A stretch of 64,000 nt of DNA from an uncultured Acidimicrobiia bacterium (GTDB lineage: Bacteria; Actinomycetota; Acidimicrobiia; Acidimicrobiales; AC-14). Shown here piece after piece: positions 17,130 through 27,610 of this stretch (within the stretch, counting starts at the first letter, position 1; every line of letters starts with the position of its first letter). Below the pieces are notes generated by a model. That model ran no database searches, was not told the DNA's origin, and saw nothing but the letters and a program-made list of their open reading frames with translations. The DNA is taken from the NCBI GenBank assembly GCA_963836205.1, contig CAWIIV010000006.1:416001-480000 (forward strand), given 5' to 3'. The translations under genes and the position numbers were made by a program.

Positions 17130-18410
17130 GTGACCGCGCCGGCTAGCACGACCGGCCCGGCCGTCCCCGCCCAACGCTTCTGGCTGGAGACCCTCGGCTG
17201 CCCCAAGAACCAGGTCGACTCCGACAAGCTGGTCGGCACGCTGATCGCGGACGGGATGGTGGCGGCCGACCGGCCCGAGAACGCCGACCTGGTGGTGGTC
17301 AACACCTGCGCCTTCATCGAGCCGGCCCGCAAGGAGTCGGTCGACACCATCCTCGCCCTCGACGACGTCCGCCGGGCCGGCTCCCGCCTGGTCGTCACCG
17401 GCTGCATGGCCGAGCGCTACGGCGACGAGCTGGCCGCCGCCCTCCCCGAGGTCGACACCGTCGCCGGCTTCGGGGTTCCGGTGACGCTCGGCCGGGGGCC
17501 GGCGCCGACCGCGGTCGACCTGGCCCGGCTCGACCTGCTGAACCTGCCCCGGCCCAAGTCGGCCGCGCCGTGGGCCTACGTGAAGGTGGCCGAGGGCTGC
17601 GACCGCACGTGCGGCTTCTGTGCCATCCCCTCGTTCCGGGGCAAGCAGCGGTCGCGGTCGGAGGAGTCGATCCTCGACGAGGTCGACCGCCTGGAAGTCG
17701 CCGAGATCGTGCTGGTGGCCCAGGACCTGGCGTCGTACGGCCGCGACGTGGGGCGCAAGGGGGCGATCGTCCCCCTGGTGGAGGCGGTGGCCCGTCGGGT
17801 GCCCCGGGTGCGCCTTCTGTACCTGTACCCGTCCGAGCTCGACGACCGCCTGGTCGACACCATCTGTGCCACCGGCGTCCCCTACTTCGACCTGTCCCTC
17901 CAGCACGTGTCGAAGCCGCTGCTGCGGCGGATGCGGCGCTGGGGCGACGGCGATCGCTTCCTCCGGCGGATCTCGTCCATCCGCGACCGGGAGCCGGAGG
18001 CCGCCTTCCGGTCGTCGTTCATCGTCGGCTACCCGGGCGAGACGGAGGACGACCACGACCTCCTCCTCCGGTTCCTCGACGACGCCCAGCTCGACTGGGC
18101 CGGCTTCTTCGCCTACTCGGCGGAGGACGGCACCTACGCCGCCGGCCTCGACGGGGCGGTCGGCGACGGCGTCGTGGCCGAGCGCATGCGGGAGCTGTCG
18201 GAACTGCAGGACGACATCACCCTTGCCCGCCGCGACGCCCTGGTGGGCTCGAAGATCGAGGTCCTGGTCGACGAGCCCGGTGTCGGCCGCAGCCACCGGG
18301 AGGCGCCCGAGATCGACGGTGTCGTCAACCTGACGGCCGGCCCCGCGCCCGGTACGTTCGTGACCGTGACGGTCACCGGCGCCGCTGGCGTCGACCTCGA
18401 AGCCTTCTAG
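17130..18410 (+). CDS. rimO: Ribosomal protein S12 methylthiotransferase
   Basis: TLGCPKNQVDS, radical SAM motif EGCDRTCGFCAIP, APEIDG TRAM domain. Confidence 0.93.
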   Translation: MTAPASTTGPAVPAQRFWLETLGCPKNQVDSDKLVGTLIADGMVAADRPENADLVVVNTCAFIEPARKESVDTILALDDVRRAGSRLVVTGCMAERYGDELAAALPEVDTVAGFGVPVTLGRGPAPTAVDLARLDLLNLPRPKSAAPWAYVKVAEGCDRTCGFCAIPSFRGKQRSRSEESILDEVDRLEVAEIVLVAQDLASYGRDVGRKGAIVPLVEAVARRVPRVRLLYLYPSELDDRLVDTICATGVPYFDLSLQHVSKPLLRRMRRWGDGDRFLRRISSIRDREPEAAFRSSFIVGYPGETEDDHDLLLRFLDDAQLDWAGFFAYSAEDGTYAAGLDGAVGDGVVAERMRELSELQDDITLARRDALVGSKIEVLVDEPGVGRSHREAPEIDGVVNLTAGPAPGTFVTVTVTGAAGVDLEAF

Positions 18411-18425
18411 GGCGGGGTCGGACCC

Positions 18426-18983
18426 TTGTCCACCTCCTCCTTCGGGCCGTCCGCGCTGGCCACGCCGGCCAACGCCATCACCATGGTGCGGGTCCTGGCC
18501 CTGCCCGTGGTCGTCCTGCTGATCCTCGGCACCGACACCCAGTGGCAGGCGCTGGCGGTGTGGTTCGTGCTGGCGGTGAGCGATCTTGCCGACGGCTGGC
18601 TGGCCCGCCGCCAGGGGGCCACCCGCTCGGGCGCCTTCCTCGACCCCCTGGCCGACAAGGTCCTGGTGTTGGGGGCGATGACCGCGCTGGTGGCCACGGG
18701 CGCCATGTGGTGGGTGCCGGTGACGTTGATCGCCACCCGCGAGGTGGGGGTGAGCGCCTACCGGTCCTATGTCGGGCGGCGGGGGATCTCGGTGCCGGCC
18801 CGGATGTCGGGGAAGGTCAAGACCTGGATGCAGGCCATCGCGGTGGGGCTTGCCATCGCGCCGGTGGAGTCGGACGCCTACCTGGCCTTCGTCGACTTCG
18901 CGGTGTGGCTGGCGGTGGGGATGACGGTGGTCACCGGGGTCCAGTACCTGCTCGAAGGGCGGCACGTCGTCCGTGCGCTCTGA
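18426..18983 (+). CDS. pgsA: CDP-diacylglycerol--glycerol-3-phosphate phosphatidyltransferase
   Basis: DLADGWLARR...GAFLDPLADK CDP-alcohol phosphotransferase signature; rimO-pgsA-cinA synteny. Confidence 0.88.
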   Translation: MSTSSFGPSALATPANAITMVRVLALPVVVLLILGTDTQWQALAVWFVLAVSDLADGWLARRQGATRSGAFLDPLADKVLVLGAMTALVATGAMWWVPVTLIATREVGVSAYRSYVGRRGISVPARMSGKVKTWMQAIAVGLAIAPVESDAYLAFVDFAVWLAVGMTVVTGVQYLLEGRHVVRAL

Positions 18984-20244
18984 GGGGGGGATCGGCACCC
19001 GTTCCTTCTCCTGTTCGGTCCTGGCCGTCGGCACCGAGCTGCTGCTCGGTCAGGTCGTCGACACCAACTCCGCCTTCATCGGCGACCAACTGGCCCGGGC
19101 GGGGATCGACTCCCACCTCCACGTCCACGTGGGCGACAACGTCGAGCGCATCGCGGCCGCCCTGCGGACGTTGCTGGCGGGGAGCGAGGCGGTGATCGTG
19201 TGCGGCGGGCTCGGTCCGACCCAGGACGACATCTCCCGGGAGGCGATCGCGGTCGTGCTGGGAACGGCGTTGGTTCGCGACCCGGGGATGGCCTCGCGGA
19301 TTGCCGACCTGTTCGCCCGAAGGGGACGGGAGATGGCGCCGAGCAACCTGCGCCAGGCCGACCGGCCCGAGGGCGCCCGGTTCGTCCTCCAGGAGCTCGG
19401 CAGCGCGCCCGGGCTGATCTGCCCCGTCAACGGCGGCAAGGTCGTCTACGCGGTGCCGGGCGTGCCCGCCGAGATGCGGGAGATGGTCGGGCGGGCGGTC
19501 ATCCCCGACCTCCAGGCGCGGGCGGGGTCGCGATCGGTGATCGTCAGCCGCATGCTGCGCACGTGGGGCACGGCCGAGTCCACCCTCGCCGAGCTCATCG
19601 GGCCCCGGGTGGAGCGGCAGACCAACCCCACCATCGCCTTCCTGGCGTCGGGGATCGAGGGGATCAAGGTCCGGCTCACGGCCAAGGCCGGGGACCTCGA
19701 CGGGGCGACGGCCCTGCTCGACGCCGAGGAGAAGGAGCTGCGGGCGATCCTCGGGGCCCTGGTGTTCGGCGTCGACGACGAGTCGATGGAGAAGGCGGTG
19801 GGCGACCTGCTGGGGGCGCAGGGGCTGAGGCTGGGCGTGGCCGAGTCGCTCACCGGCGGCCTGGTCGGGTCCCGGCTGGCCGAGGTGCCGGGGTCGAGCG
19901 GGTGGTTCAAAGGGTCGATCGTGGCCTACGACAGCCAGGTGAAGTTCGACCTGCTGGGGGTGCCCGAGGGGCCGGTGGTGAGCCGGGAGGCGGCCGCCGC
20001 CATGGCGTCGGGGGCCCGGCGGGTGCTCGAGGCCGACGTGGGCCTGGGGGTCACCGGTGTGGCCGGGCCCGCGACGCAGGAGGGGAAGCCGGTGGGCACC
20101 GTCTTCACCGCGGTCGACCTCGACGGCGAGGTCGACGTCCAGGAGCTACAGCTGCCGGGCGGGCGGCAGCTGGTGCGGCAGCTGGCCGCCATCTCCCTCG
20201 TCGACCAGCTCCGGCGACGGTTGCTCGACCGGGGCTCGGGCTAG
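18973..20244 (+). CDS. cinA: Competence/damage-inducible protein CinA
   Basis: VGTELLLGQVVDTN, GGLGPTQDD, AESLTGG and TGVAGP motifs. Confidence 0.92.
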   Translation: MRSEGGIGTRSFSCSVLAVGTELLLGQVVDTNSAFIGDQLARAGIDSHLHVHVGDNVERIAAALRTLLAGSEAVIVCGGLGPTQDDISREAIAVVLGTALVRDPGMASRIADLFARRGREMAPSNLRQADRPEGARFVLQELGSAPGLICPVNGGKVVYAVPGVPAEMREMVGRAVIPDLQARAGSRSVIVSRMLRTWGTAESTLAELIGPRVERQTNPTIAFLASGIEGIKVRLTAKAGDLDGATALLDAEEKELRAILGALVFGVDDESMEKAVGDLLGAQGLRLGVAESLTGGLVGSRLAEVPGSSGWFKGSIVAYDSQVKFDLLGVPEGPVVSREAAAAMASGARRVLEADVGLGVTGVAGPATQEGKPVGTVFTAVDLDGEVDVQELQLPGGRQLVRQLAAISLVDQLRRRLLDRGSG

Positions 20245-20250
20245 GGGTTC

Positions 20251-20778
20251 TTGGCCCGGCTGTTCGTGGCCGTCTGGCCCCCCGCCGACGTGCTCGACGC
20301 GGTGGCACGGCTCGACCGCCCGCCGGTCGCCGGGGTGCGGTGGACGGGCCGGGAGCACTGGCACGCCACCCTCCGCTTCCTGGGCCCGGTGGACGACGTG
20401 GCCGCGGTCGCCGATGGGCTGCGGGACGGCCTCGGGATCGGCGGCGGCGGGCCCCTGGACGCGGTGGAGGCGGTGCTGGGACCGGCGGTGGGGCGGTTCG
20501 GGCACCGGGTGCTGCACGTGCCGGTGGCAGGTCTGGGCGAGGTGGCCGACCGGGTGGTGGCCCTGACCGAGGGTCTGGGCCGCCCGCCCGAGGACCGGGC
20601 CTTCGCCGGCCACCTGACACTCGCCCGGGTGGCCAAGGGGGCCCGGGTCGACCTGTCCCGGTTGGCGGGCGAAGCGGTGACGGGGCGGTGGACCGTGGAC
20701 GATGTGTGCCTGGTGGAGAGCCACCTGGCCCCCACGGGCGCCCGCTACGAGGTGCTGGAGTCGTTCGCCTTGTCGTGA
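20251..20778 (+). CDS. thpR: RNA 2',3'-cyclic phosphodiesterase
   Basis: Two HxT motifs (WHATLRFLG, GHLTLAR); RLFVAV N-terminus. Confidence 0.88.
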   Translation: MARLFVAVWPPADVLDAVARLDRPPVAGVRWTGREHWHATLRFLGPVDDVAAVADGLRDGLGIGGGGPLDAVEAVLGPAVGRFGHRVLHVPVAGLGEVADRVVALTEGLGRPPEDRAFAGHLTLARVAKGARVDLSRLAGEAVTGRWTVDDVCLVESHLAPTGARYEVLESFALS

Positions 20779-21326
20779 GCGCCGTGGGCGAGGAGCAGGT
20801 CGATGATCTCGGTGTCGTCGTGAAGGCGGGCCGCCATCAGCGCGGTGAACCCCTCCTGCTGCTCGGCGTCGGGGTCGGCCCCGGCCTCGAGGATGAGGCG
20901 GACGGCCTCCACGTTGCGGGCGGCGGTGGCGGCGTGGAGGGGTTGGACCCGCATGGGATTGCGGGCCACGGCGTGGACGTCGGCGCCGTGGGCGAGGAGG
21001 AACCGGACCGCCTCGGGGTGGCCGAAGAAGGCGGCCAGGCCGACCGGCGTGAAGCCGTCGGACGACCACGCGTTGGCCTGGCCGGGGTCGTCGTCGACCA
21101 GTTGGGCCAGGCGGCCGAGGCGGCCGAGGGCGGCGGCGTCGAAGACGTCGAGGACGGGTTCGGCGGCGAGGATGGCGTCGACGATCTCGGCATGGCCCCG
21201 GTAGCGGGCCCACAGGACGGCGGAGACCCCCGTCGGGCTCCGGGAACCGGCCAAGGAGGGGTCCTGGGCCAGGATCCGGGCCACGGCGGCGGCATTTCCG
21301 GCCTCGATGGCGTCAAAGAGGGCCAT
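20745..21326 (-). CDS. Ankyrin repeat protein
   Basis: DGFTPVGLAAFFGH, QPLHAA and GFTALMAA ankyrin repeats. Confidence 0.88.
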   Translation of the reverse strand: MALFDAIEAGNAAAVARILAQDPSLAGSRSPTGVSAVLWARYRGHAEIVDAILAAEPVLDVFDAAALGRLGRLAQLVDDDPGQANAWSSDGFTPVGLAAFFGHPEAVRFLLAHGADVHAVARNPMRVQPLHAATAARNVEAVRLILEAGADPDAEQQEGFTALMAARLHDDTEIIDLLLAHGAHDKANDSSTS

Positions 21327-21348
21327 AGGTTCAGTAGGCTACCTATCT

Positions 21349-21795
21349 ATGTGCCCCCTGGCAACCCCTCCGAGGCCCGATGAGGTCGCCGACCGCCTCC
21401 ATTCGGCCGCGATCCGCCTCCTGCGGCGGGTCCGGCGGGAGGACGAGGCCACAGGGCTCACCGGGGCCCGACTGTCGGCCCTGTCGGTGGTGGTCTTCGG
21501 CGGCCCCCTCACGGTGGGCCAGCTGGCCGCCGCCGAGCAGGTGCGGTCGCCCACGGCCAGCAAGCTGGTGGCCGAGCTGGAGGCGCTGGGCCTGGTGACG
21601 CGGGAGACGTCGGCCACCGACCGGCGGGTGACCGAGGTGCGGGCCACCGCCCGGGGCCGGTGGATGCTCCAGGCCGGGCGCCGGCGACGGGTGGCCGTCC
21701 TTTCCGCCCGCCTGGGCCGGGTCGGTGCCGACGACCTGGCCACGCTCGACCGGGCCGCCGAGATCCTCGAGGACGTTCTCGTCGATCCGGAGTGA
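21349..21795 (+). CDS. MarR-family transcriptional regulator
   Basis: LTVGQLAAAEQVRSPTASKLVAELEALGLV wHTH and DRR wing; divergent from the ankyrin gene. Confidence 0.88.
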   Translation: MCPLATPPRPDEVADRLHSAAIRLLRRVRREDEATGLTGARLSALSVVVFGGPLTVGQLAAAEQVRSPTASKLVAELEALGLVTRETSATDRRVTEVRATARGRWMLQAGRRRRVAVLSARLGRVGADDLATLDRAAEILEDVLVDPE

Positions 21796-21811
21796 TTCCG
21801 CGCCGGGATCC

Positions 21812-21841
21812 TTGACCCGAACGTGAGTTCGGAACTACGCT
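21812..21841 (+). promoter_or_regulatory. recA promoter with LexA (SOS) box
   Basis: TTGACC-18 nt-TACGCT with CGAAC-gtga-GTTCG (21818-21831) in the spacer. Confidence 0.8.
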
Positions 21842-21863
21842 CGTGAAGTTACAGGGCCGAAAG

Positions 21864-21885
21864 TGTCACACCCCCTTCGTAGGGT
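21864..21885 (+). promoter_or_regulatory. PafBC/RecA-NDp-type DNA-damage promoter of recA
   Basis: TGTCAC-N10-TAGGGT fits the TGTCxx-N10-TA-N3-T architecture. Confidence 0.7.
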
Positions 21886-21927
21886 GATTGCCGTCCAGAA
21901 CCGACGACGAGCAGAAGGGAACTACCG

Positions 21928-23049
<1,122 letters not shown>

Positions 23050-23104
23050 GGCCGGGCACGGCGGCCCCCTCCGTCTACGGCGGGCCCCTATATATAAGGA
23101 CAAG

Positions 23105-23139
23105 GATCCGGCCCGGCGGCAGGTCGAGCCGGGCCGGAT
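23105..23139 (+). terminator. Hairpin downstream of recA
   Basis: gatccggcccggc / gccgggccggatc 13-bp stem. Confidence 0.6.
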
Positions 23140-23338
23140 CGGTCCTGCGCGGAGCCCTCCGAGGCCGACCCGGGCGAGCCGCCGTACGCCGACGGCGCGG
23201 TGGCCATCGCGCATCTCCCCTTCCCCCTACGGCGGCGGCATGGTAGATCTCTCACCCACCGGTGCGCTGCGCCTGCCAGGGAGGAACCACAGCGGCCGCC
23301 GTCGAACGGTTAGAGACAGTCGCGTCATTGGGGGACAC

Positions 23339-23914
23339 GTGGTCGAGGTCTTGAAGGTCTCCAGCAAGTCCAACCCGAACTCGGTCGCGGGGGCCCTGGC
23401 TGGGGTCCTGCGCCAGACGGGAGCGGTCGAGGTCCAGGTGGTGGGGGCGGGCGCCCTCAACCAGGCCATCAAAGCCATCGCCATCGCCCGGGGCTTCGTC
23501 GCGCCCTCCAACCTCGACCTGGTGTGCATCCCCACGTTCGCCGACATCCTCATCGACGGCCAGAGCCGCACCGCCATCCGCCTGGCCGTCGAAGACCGGG
23601 CCCGGCGCAAGCCGGAGCCGCTGACCGAGGTCCGGGGGGCCGCGACCGACGGGATCGCGGCGACGGCCCCGTCCCCGGCGATGGCGGCGGCCGACGGTCT
23701 GGCCGCCCATGGCCTGGACTCGACCGCGCCGGTGGCGTCCGTGACCACCACGACCGCGGCGACGACCGCCACGCCGGCGCCCACGGTCGTGCTCACCGCC
23801 AACGCCAGCGCCCTCGCCCCCGGATCCGTGGCCGGCCTGGCCGTCGAACCCGCCGTCGGGGTCGTCACCGCCGACATCGAGTCCCCGTCGAGCTCGGAAC
23901 CCGTGCTCACCTGA
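23339..23914 (+). CDS. spoVS: SpoVS-family protein with Ala/Thr-rich C-terminal extension
   Basis: EVLKVSSKSNPNSVAGALAG and GAGALNQAIKAIAIARGFVAP motifs. Confidence 0.88.
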   Translation: MVEVLKVSSKSNPNSVAGALAGVLRQTGAVEVQVVGAGALNQAIKAIAIARGFVAPSNLDLVCIPTFADILIDGQSRTAIRLAVEDRARRKPEPLTEVRGAATDGIAATAPSPAMAAADGLAAHGLDSTAPVASVTTTTAATTATPAPTVVLTANASALAPGSVAGLAVEPAVGVVTADIESPSSSEPVLT

Positions 23915-23966
23915 GCCACCGGCCGCCGGCTCGAGCGGCGACCCGGAACGGTAGGGTGGCCCTCGC

Positions 23967-24046
23967 GGGCGCGTGGTGGAATTGGCAGACACGCTGGCTT
24001 TAGGTGCCAGTGCTTCGGCATGAGAGTTCGAGTCTCTCCGCGCCCA
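23967..24046 (+). tRNA. tRNA-Leu (anticodon TAG)
   Basis: Acceptor stem gggcgcg/cgcgccc, anticodon arm ctggc-tt-TAG-gt-gccag, long variable arm, gttcgag T-loop. Confidence 0.95.
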
Positions 24047-24116
24047 CCCCCGAAGGCGGAAACCGGCCGGAAACCAAGCCGAGGTCGAACCGCTACCTTG
24101 GAGCCAGCCCCGCATC

Positions 24117-24159
24117 ACCGCCCCCCCCGGGCACCGCCCCCCCGGGCACCGCCCCCCGG
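24117..24159. repeat. ~15-bp tandem repeat x3 (caccgcccccccggg)
   Basis: Direct repeat upstream of the clpP RBS. Confidence 0.7.
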
Positions 24160-24180
24160 ACACATCGCCAAGGAGCGTGC

Positions 24181-24786
24181 ATGACCTCCGACCTCGTAGT
24201 GCCGCAGTACAACGCCCAGACCTACGTCGGCGACCGGTCGAGCGAGGTGTACTCGCGGCTGCTCAAGGAGCGGATCGTGTTCCTCGGCTCGCAGGTCGAC
24301 GACTCGTCGGCCAACCTCATCTGCGCCCAACTCCTCCTGCTGCAGAGCGAGGATCCCGACCGCGACGTCTACCTCTACATCAACTCCCCCGGCGGATCGG
24401 TGTCGGCCGGCATGGCCATCTACGACACCATGCAGTACATCAGCTGCGACGTCGGCACCATCTGCCTGGGCCTGGCCGCCTCCATGGGCCAGTTCCTCCT
24501 GTGCGCGGGGGCGCCGGGCAAGCGCTACGCCCTCCCCCACTCCCGGGTCCTGATGCACCAGCCGTCGGCCCAGATGCAGGGAACCGCGGTCGACATCGCC
24601 ATCCACGCCAAGGAGATCATCTACACCAAGAAGATCATGGCCGAGCGGATCGCATTCCACACCGGCCAGTCGGTGGAGACGGTGCTCGCCGACTCCGACC
24701 GCGACCGGTGGTTCACGGCCGAGGAAGCCCGTGACTACGGGATCATCGACCACGTGATCGAGCGCTCCCGGCAGGTGGCGGCGTAG
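24181..24786 (+). CDS. clpP: ATP-dependent Clp protease proteolytic subunit
   Basis: [20 protein letters not shown] (catalytic Ser), MHQP and DRDRW motifs; AAGGAG RBS. Confidence 0.95.
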   Translation: MTSDLVVPQYNAQTYVGDRSSEVYSRLLKERIVFLGSQVDDSSANLICAQLLLLQSEDPDRDVYLYINSPGGSVSAGMAIYDTMQYISCDVGTICLGLAASMGQFLLCAGAPGKRYALPHSRVLMHQPSAQMQGTAVDIAIHAKEIIYTKKIMAERIAFHTGQSVETVLADSDRDRWFTAEEARDYGIIDHVIERSRQVAA

Positions 24787-24804
24787 GCCGAAGGTCCGAC
24801 GGCT

Positions 24805-25704
24805 ATGCGGATCGCCGTCACCGGCTCCCACGGACTCATCGGTACCGCTCTCGTCGAGAGCCTCACAGCCGACGGACATCAGGTCACCTCGCTCGTCCGG
24901 GGCGATCCCAAGGGACCCCACGAGCTGCGCTGGTCGCCCTCCACCGGCACCATCGACGCCGCCGGGCTCGAAGGCCACGACGCGGTCGTCCACCTGGCGG
25001 GCGTCGGCATCGGCGACCACCGGTGGACCGACGACCACAAGCGGGCCGTCCTCGACAGCCGGGTGCAGGGGACCTCGCTGCTGGCCACCACCCTGGCCGG
25101 CCTCGATCGCCCGCCGAAGGTGCTGGCCTCCGCCTCCGCCGTCGGGTACTACGGCGACACCGGCTCCCGCGCCGTCACCGAGGCCGACGGCCCCGGCACC
25201 GGTTTCCTGGCCGACGTGGTGCAGCAGTGGGAGGACGCCGCCGCCCCCGCGGCCGAGGCCGGCGTCCGGGTGGCCCGGCTCCGCAGCGGCGTGGTGCTCA
25301 CCGACAAGGGGGGCGCCCTCGACAAGCAGTTGCTCCCGTTCAAGATGGGCCTCGGGGGACGGGTCGGCACCGGCGAGCAGTACCTGAGCTGGATCAGCCT
25401 CGACGACGAGGTGGCCGCCATCCGCCACGTCCTCGACACCCCCTCGATCGAGGGACCGGTGAACCTCACCGCCCCCAACCCGGTGACGAACGCCGAGTTC
25501 ACCAAGGCCCTGGGCACGGTGCTCGGGCGGCCGACGGTGATGCCGGTGCCCAAGCTCGCCCTCAACACCATGTTCGGCAAGGAGATGGTGGCGGAGATGC
25601 TCCTCGCCGGCCAACGGGTGCTCCCGGCCGTCCTCCAGTCGTCCGGCTTCACCTTCGTCGACGAGGAGATCGAAGCCGCCCTCCGGCGCATCCTGGGGAG
25701 GTAG
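24805..25704 (+). CDS. TIGR01777-family NAD-dependent epimerase/oxidoreductase
   Basis: VTGSHGLIG, SASAVGYYG, SWISLDD and GQRVLP motifs. Confidence 0.9.
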   Translation: MRIAVTGSHGLIGTALVESLTADGHQVTSLVRGDPKGPHELRWSPSTGTIDAAGLEGHDAVVHLAGVGIGDHRWTDDHKRAVLDSRVQGTSLLATTLAGLDRPPKVLASASAVGYYGDTGSRAVTEADGPGTGFLADVVQQWEDAAAPAAEAGVRVARLRSGVVLTDKGGALDKQLLPFKMGLGGRVGTGEQYLSWISLDDEVAAIRHVLDTPSIEGPVNLTAPNPVTNAEFTKALGTVLGRPTVMPVPKLALNTMFGKEMVAEMLLAGQRVLPAVLQSSGFTFVDEEIEAALRRILGR

Positions 25705-25721
25705 CCGGGCCGAGCGCCGGA

Positions 25722-26402
25722 TCAGGCGGTGGGCACGTCCAGGCTGGCGAGCAACTCCCGGACCCGCCGTTCGATCTCGTCGCGGACGGGGCGGACCTGG
25801 TCGACGGCCTTCCCGAACGGGTCTTCGAGGGTCCAGTCCTCGTAGCGTTTCCCGGGGAACAGGGGGCAGGCGTCGCCGCAGCCCATGCTCACCACCACGT
25901 CGGCGGCCCGGACGATCTCCTCGGTCCACGGCTTGGGGAACTCGTGGGCGATGTCGATGCCCACCTCGGCCATCGCCGCCACCGCGGCCACGTTGATCTC
26001 CGGCCCGGGCGCGGACCCTCCCGACCAGGCGATCGCCCGGTCGCCGGCCAGGTGGTTGAACCAGCCCAGCGCCATCTGCGACCGACCGGCGTTGTGGACA
26101 CAGAGGAAGAGCACCACGGGGACCCCGTCGCCGGCCCGGCTCTCGACGCGGGCCAGCGCCTTCAGGCGCTGGCGGGCGAAGCGCTCGGCCATCAGGGGCA
26201 GGAAGTTGGCCACCGTCGCCTTGCCCGCGAACTGGTCGTAGCTGCCGACGAGGAACAGCTCGATGGTTTCGGCACTGAAGGTGCCGGTGAACTCCTCCGC
26301 CAGCCGGCGGGCGGCGCTGGAGAGCATCGGCCGCTGCTCGACGGGGATCGACGCGACGTCGGACACGGGTGGGGCCTCCTGGGGGCTCGCGGGAAAGGTC
26401 AT
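25722..26402 (-). CDS. arsC: Arsenate reductase (LMW-PTP fold) with N-terminal helical domain
   Basis: FLCVHNAGRSQMA and MGCGDACP motifs; alternative GTG start at 26366. Confidence 0.88.
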   Translation of the reverse strand: MTFPASPQEAPPVSDVASIPVEQRPMLSSAARRLAEEFTGTFSAETIELFLVGSYDQFAGKATVANFLPLMAERFARQRLKALARVESRAGDGVPVVLFLCVHNAGRSQMALGWFNHLAGDRAIAWSGGSAPGPEINVAAVAAMAEVGIDIAHEFPKPWTEEIVRAADVVVSMGCGDACPLFPGKRYEDWTLEDPFGKAVDQVRPVRDEIERRVRELLASLDVPTA

Positions 26403-27139
26403 CGGGCTCGGCCGGACCCGGTGGGGAGGACGGCGCTGTCGTCCCGGTGCGGCACGACCACGTCGGCCGCGACCGCGGTCACGTCCGGATAGAGGACCTT
26501 GACCGCGCCGACGGCCAGGGCGGTGCCGACGACCTGGGCCGCGACGAAGGGCACCACCGACCCGGGAGCGATGCCGGCGAACGAGTCCGACAGGGTCCGG
26601 GCGAGGGTCACCGCGGGGTTGGCGAAGCTGGTGGAGGAGGCGAAGAAGTAGGCGCCGCCGATGTAGGCCCCGACCGCGAACGGCGCCGCCGCCGAACGCC
26701 CCGACCGCACCACGCCGAAGACGACGAGGAGGAGGCCGAAGGTGGCCACCACCTCGCTCGTCCACAGGGCGCCTGAGCTGCGGGTATGGGTCGACAGCTC
26801 GACGGCCGGCAGGGAGAACATCAGGTTGGCCACCACCGCCCCGATGGCACCGCCGACGAACTGGGCCCCGACGTAGGCGGCCGCCTCTCTGGTCGTCAGC
26901 CCGCCGAAGATCCGGTCGGCGATCGTGACGACCGGGTTGAGATGGGCACCCGAGACCGGGCCGAGGGCGAGGATGATGGCAACCAGGGCCGCCGCGGTGG
27001 CAGCCGCGTTCTCGAACAGCTGCAGCCCGGCGTCGGACGACAGCCGGGAGGCGGCGATGCCGGAGCCGATCACCGCCGCCACCAACAGGGCGGTGCCGAG
27101 GCCCTCGGCCAACATCCGGCGGGCGAGCGGGGGCGTCAT
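26399..27139 (-). CDS. MIP/aquaglyceroporin, AqpS-like arsenite channel
   Basis: SGAHLNPVVT and SFANPAVT motifs; lies between arsR and arsC. Confidence 0.88.
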   Translation of the reverse strand: MTPPLARRMLAEGLGTALLVAAVIGSGIAASRLSSDAGLQLFENAAATAAALVAIILALGPVSGAHLNPVVTIADRIFGGLTTREAAAYVGAQFVGGAIGAVVANLMFSLPAVELSTHTRSSGALWTSEVVATFGLLLVVFGVVRSGRSAAAPFAVGAYIGGAYFFASSTSFANPAVTLARTLSDSFAGIAPGSVVPFVAAQVVGTALAVGAVKVLYPDVTAVAADVVVPHRDDSAVLPTGSGRAR

Positions 27140-27197
27140 CGGTCGGCGCGGCGTTGGGTCAGCACAGGTCGTCGACGTCCGGGAAGATCGCAGCCTC

Positions 27198-27250
27198 CAT
27201 TGATAGACTGGCGTCGATCAGTTAACCCGACCAATCGAGGATTGTCAATG
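27198..27250. promoter_or_regulatory. Putative ArsR operator in the divergent promoter region
   Basis: cattga...tcgat and atcga...tcaatg imperfect inverted repeats in an AT-richer gap. Confidence 0.4.
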
Positions 27251-27610
27251 GGAGACGGGATCGCGACCAACCGGGCTTCGTCCCTGGCGGTGGTGGCCGA
27301 CGACGAGTGCTGCCCGGCGGTGCTGTCGTCCGCCCTCTCCGAGCACCATGCCACCGCCCTCGCCCACGACTTCGCCGCCCTCGCCGACCCGGTCCGGCTC
27401 CGGCTCCTCAGCCTCCTCACGTCCGCCGCCGCCGGCGAGGCGTGCGTGTGCGAGCTCACCGGGCCCTTGGGCCGTTCTCAGCCCACGGTGTCGCACCACC
27501 TGAAGATCCTGGTGGACGCAGGGCTGATCGTCGGCGACAAGCGGGGCCGATGGGTCTGGTACCGGGCCGTCCCCGAACGGCTCACCCAGTTGCGCAGCAT
27601 CCTCGCCTAG
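27248..27610 (+). CDS. arsR: ArsR/SmtB-family regulator
   Basis: ALADPVRLRLL, EACVCEL and SQPTVSHHLKIL motifs; N-terminal CC. Confidence 0.9.
   Translation: MGDGIATNRASSLAVVADDECCPAVLSSALSEHHATALAHDFAALADPVRLRLLSLLTSAAAGEACVCELTGPLGRSQPTVSHHLKILVDAGLIVGDKRGRWVWYRAVPERLTQLRSILA

Noticed and set aside
23967-24180. tRNA-Leu as an integration site
   Set aside because: No integrase and no duplicated tRNA 3' end seen; clpP follows directly
25722-27610. arsR / aquaporin-arsC as a novel system
   Set aside because: Aquaglyceroporin-based arsenic resistance modules are already described (AqpS type)
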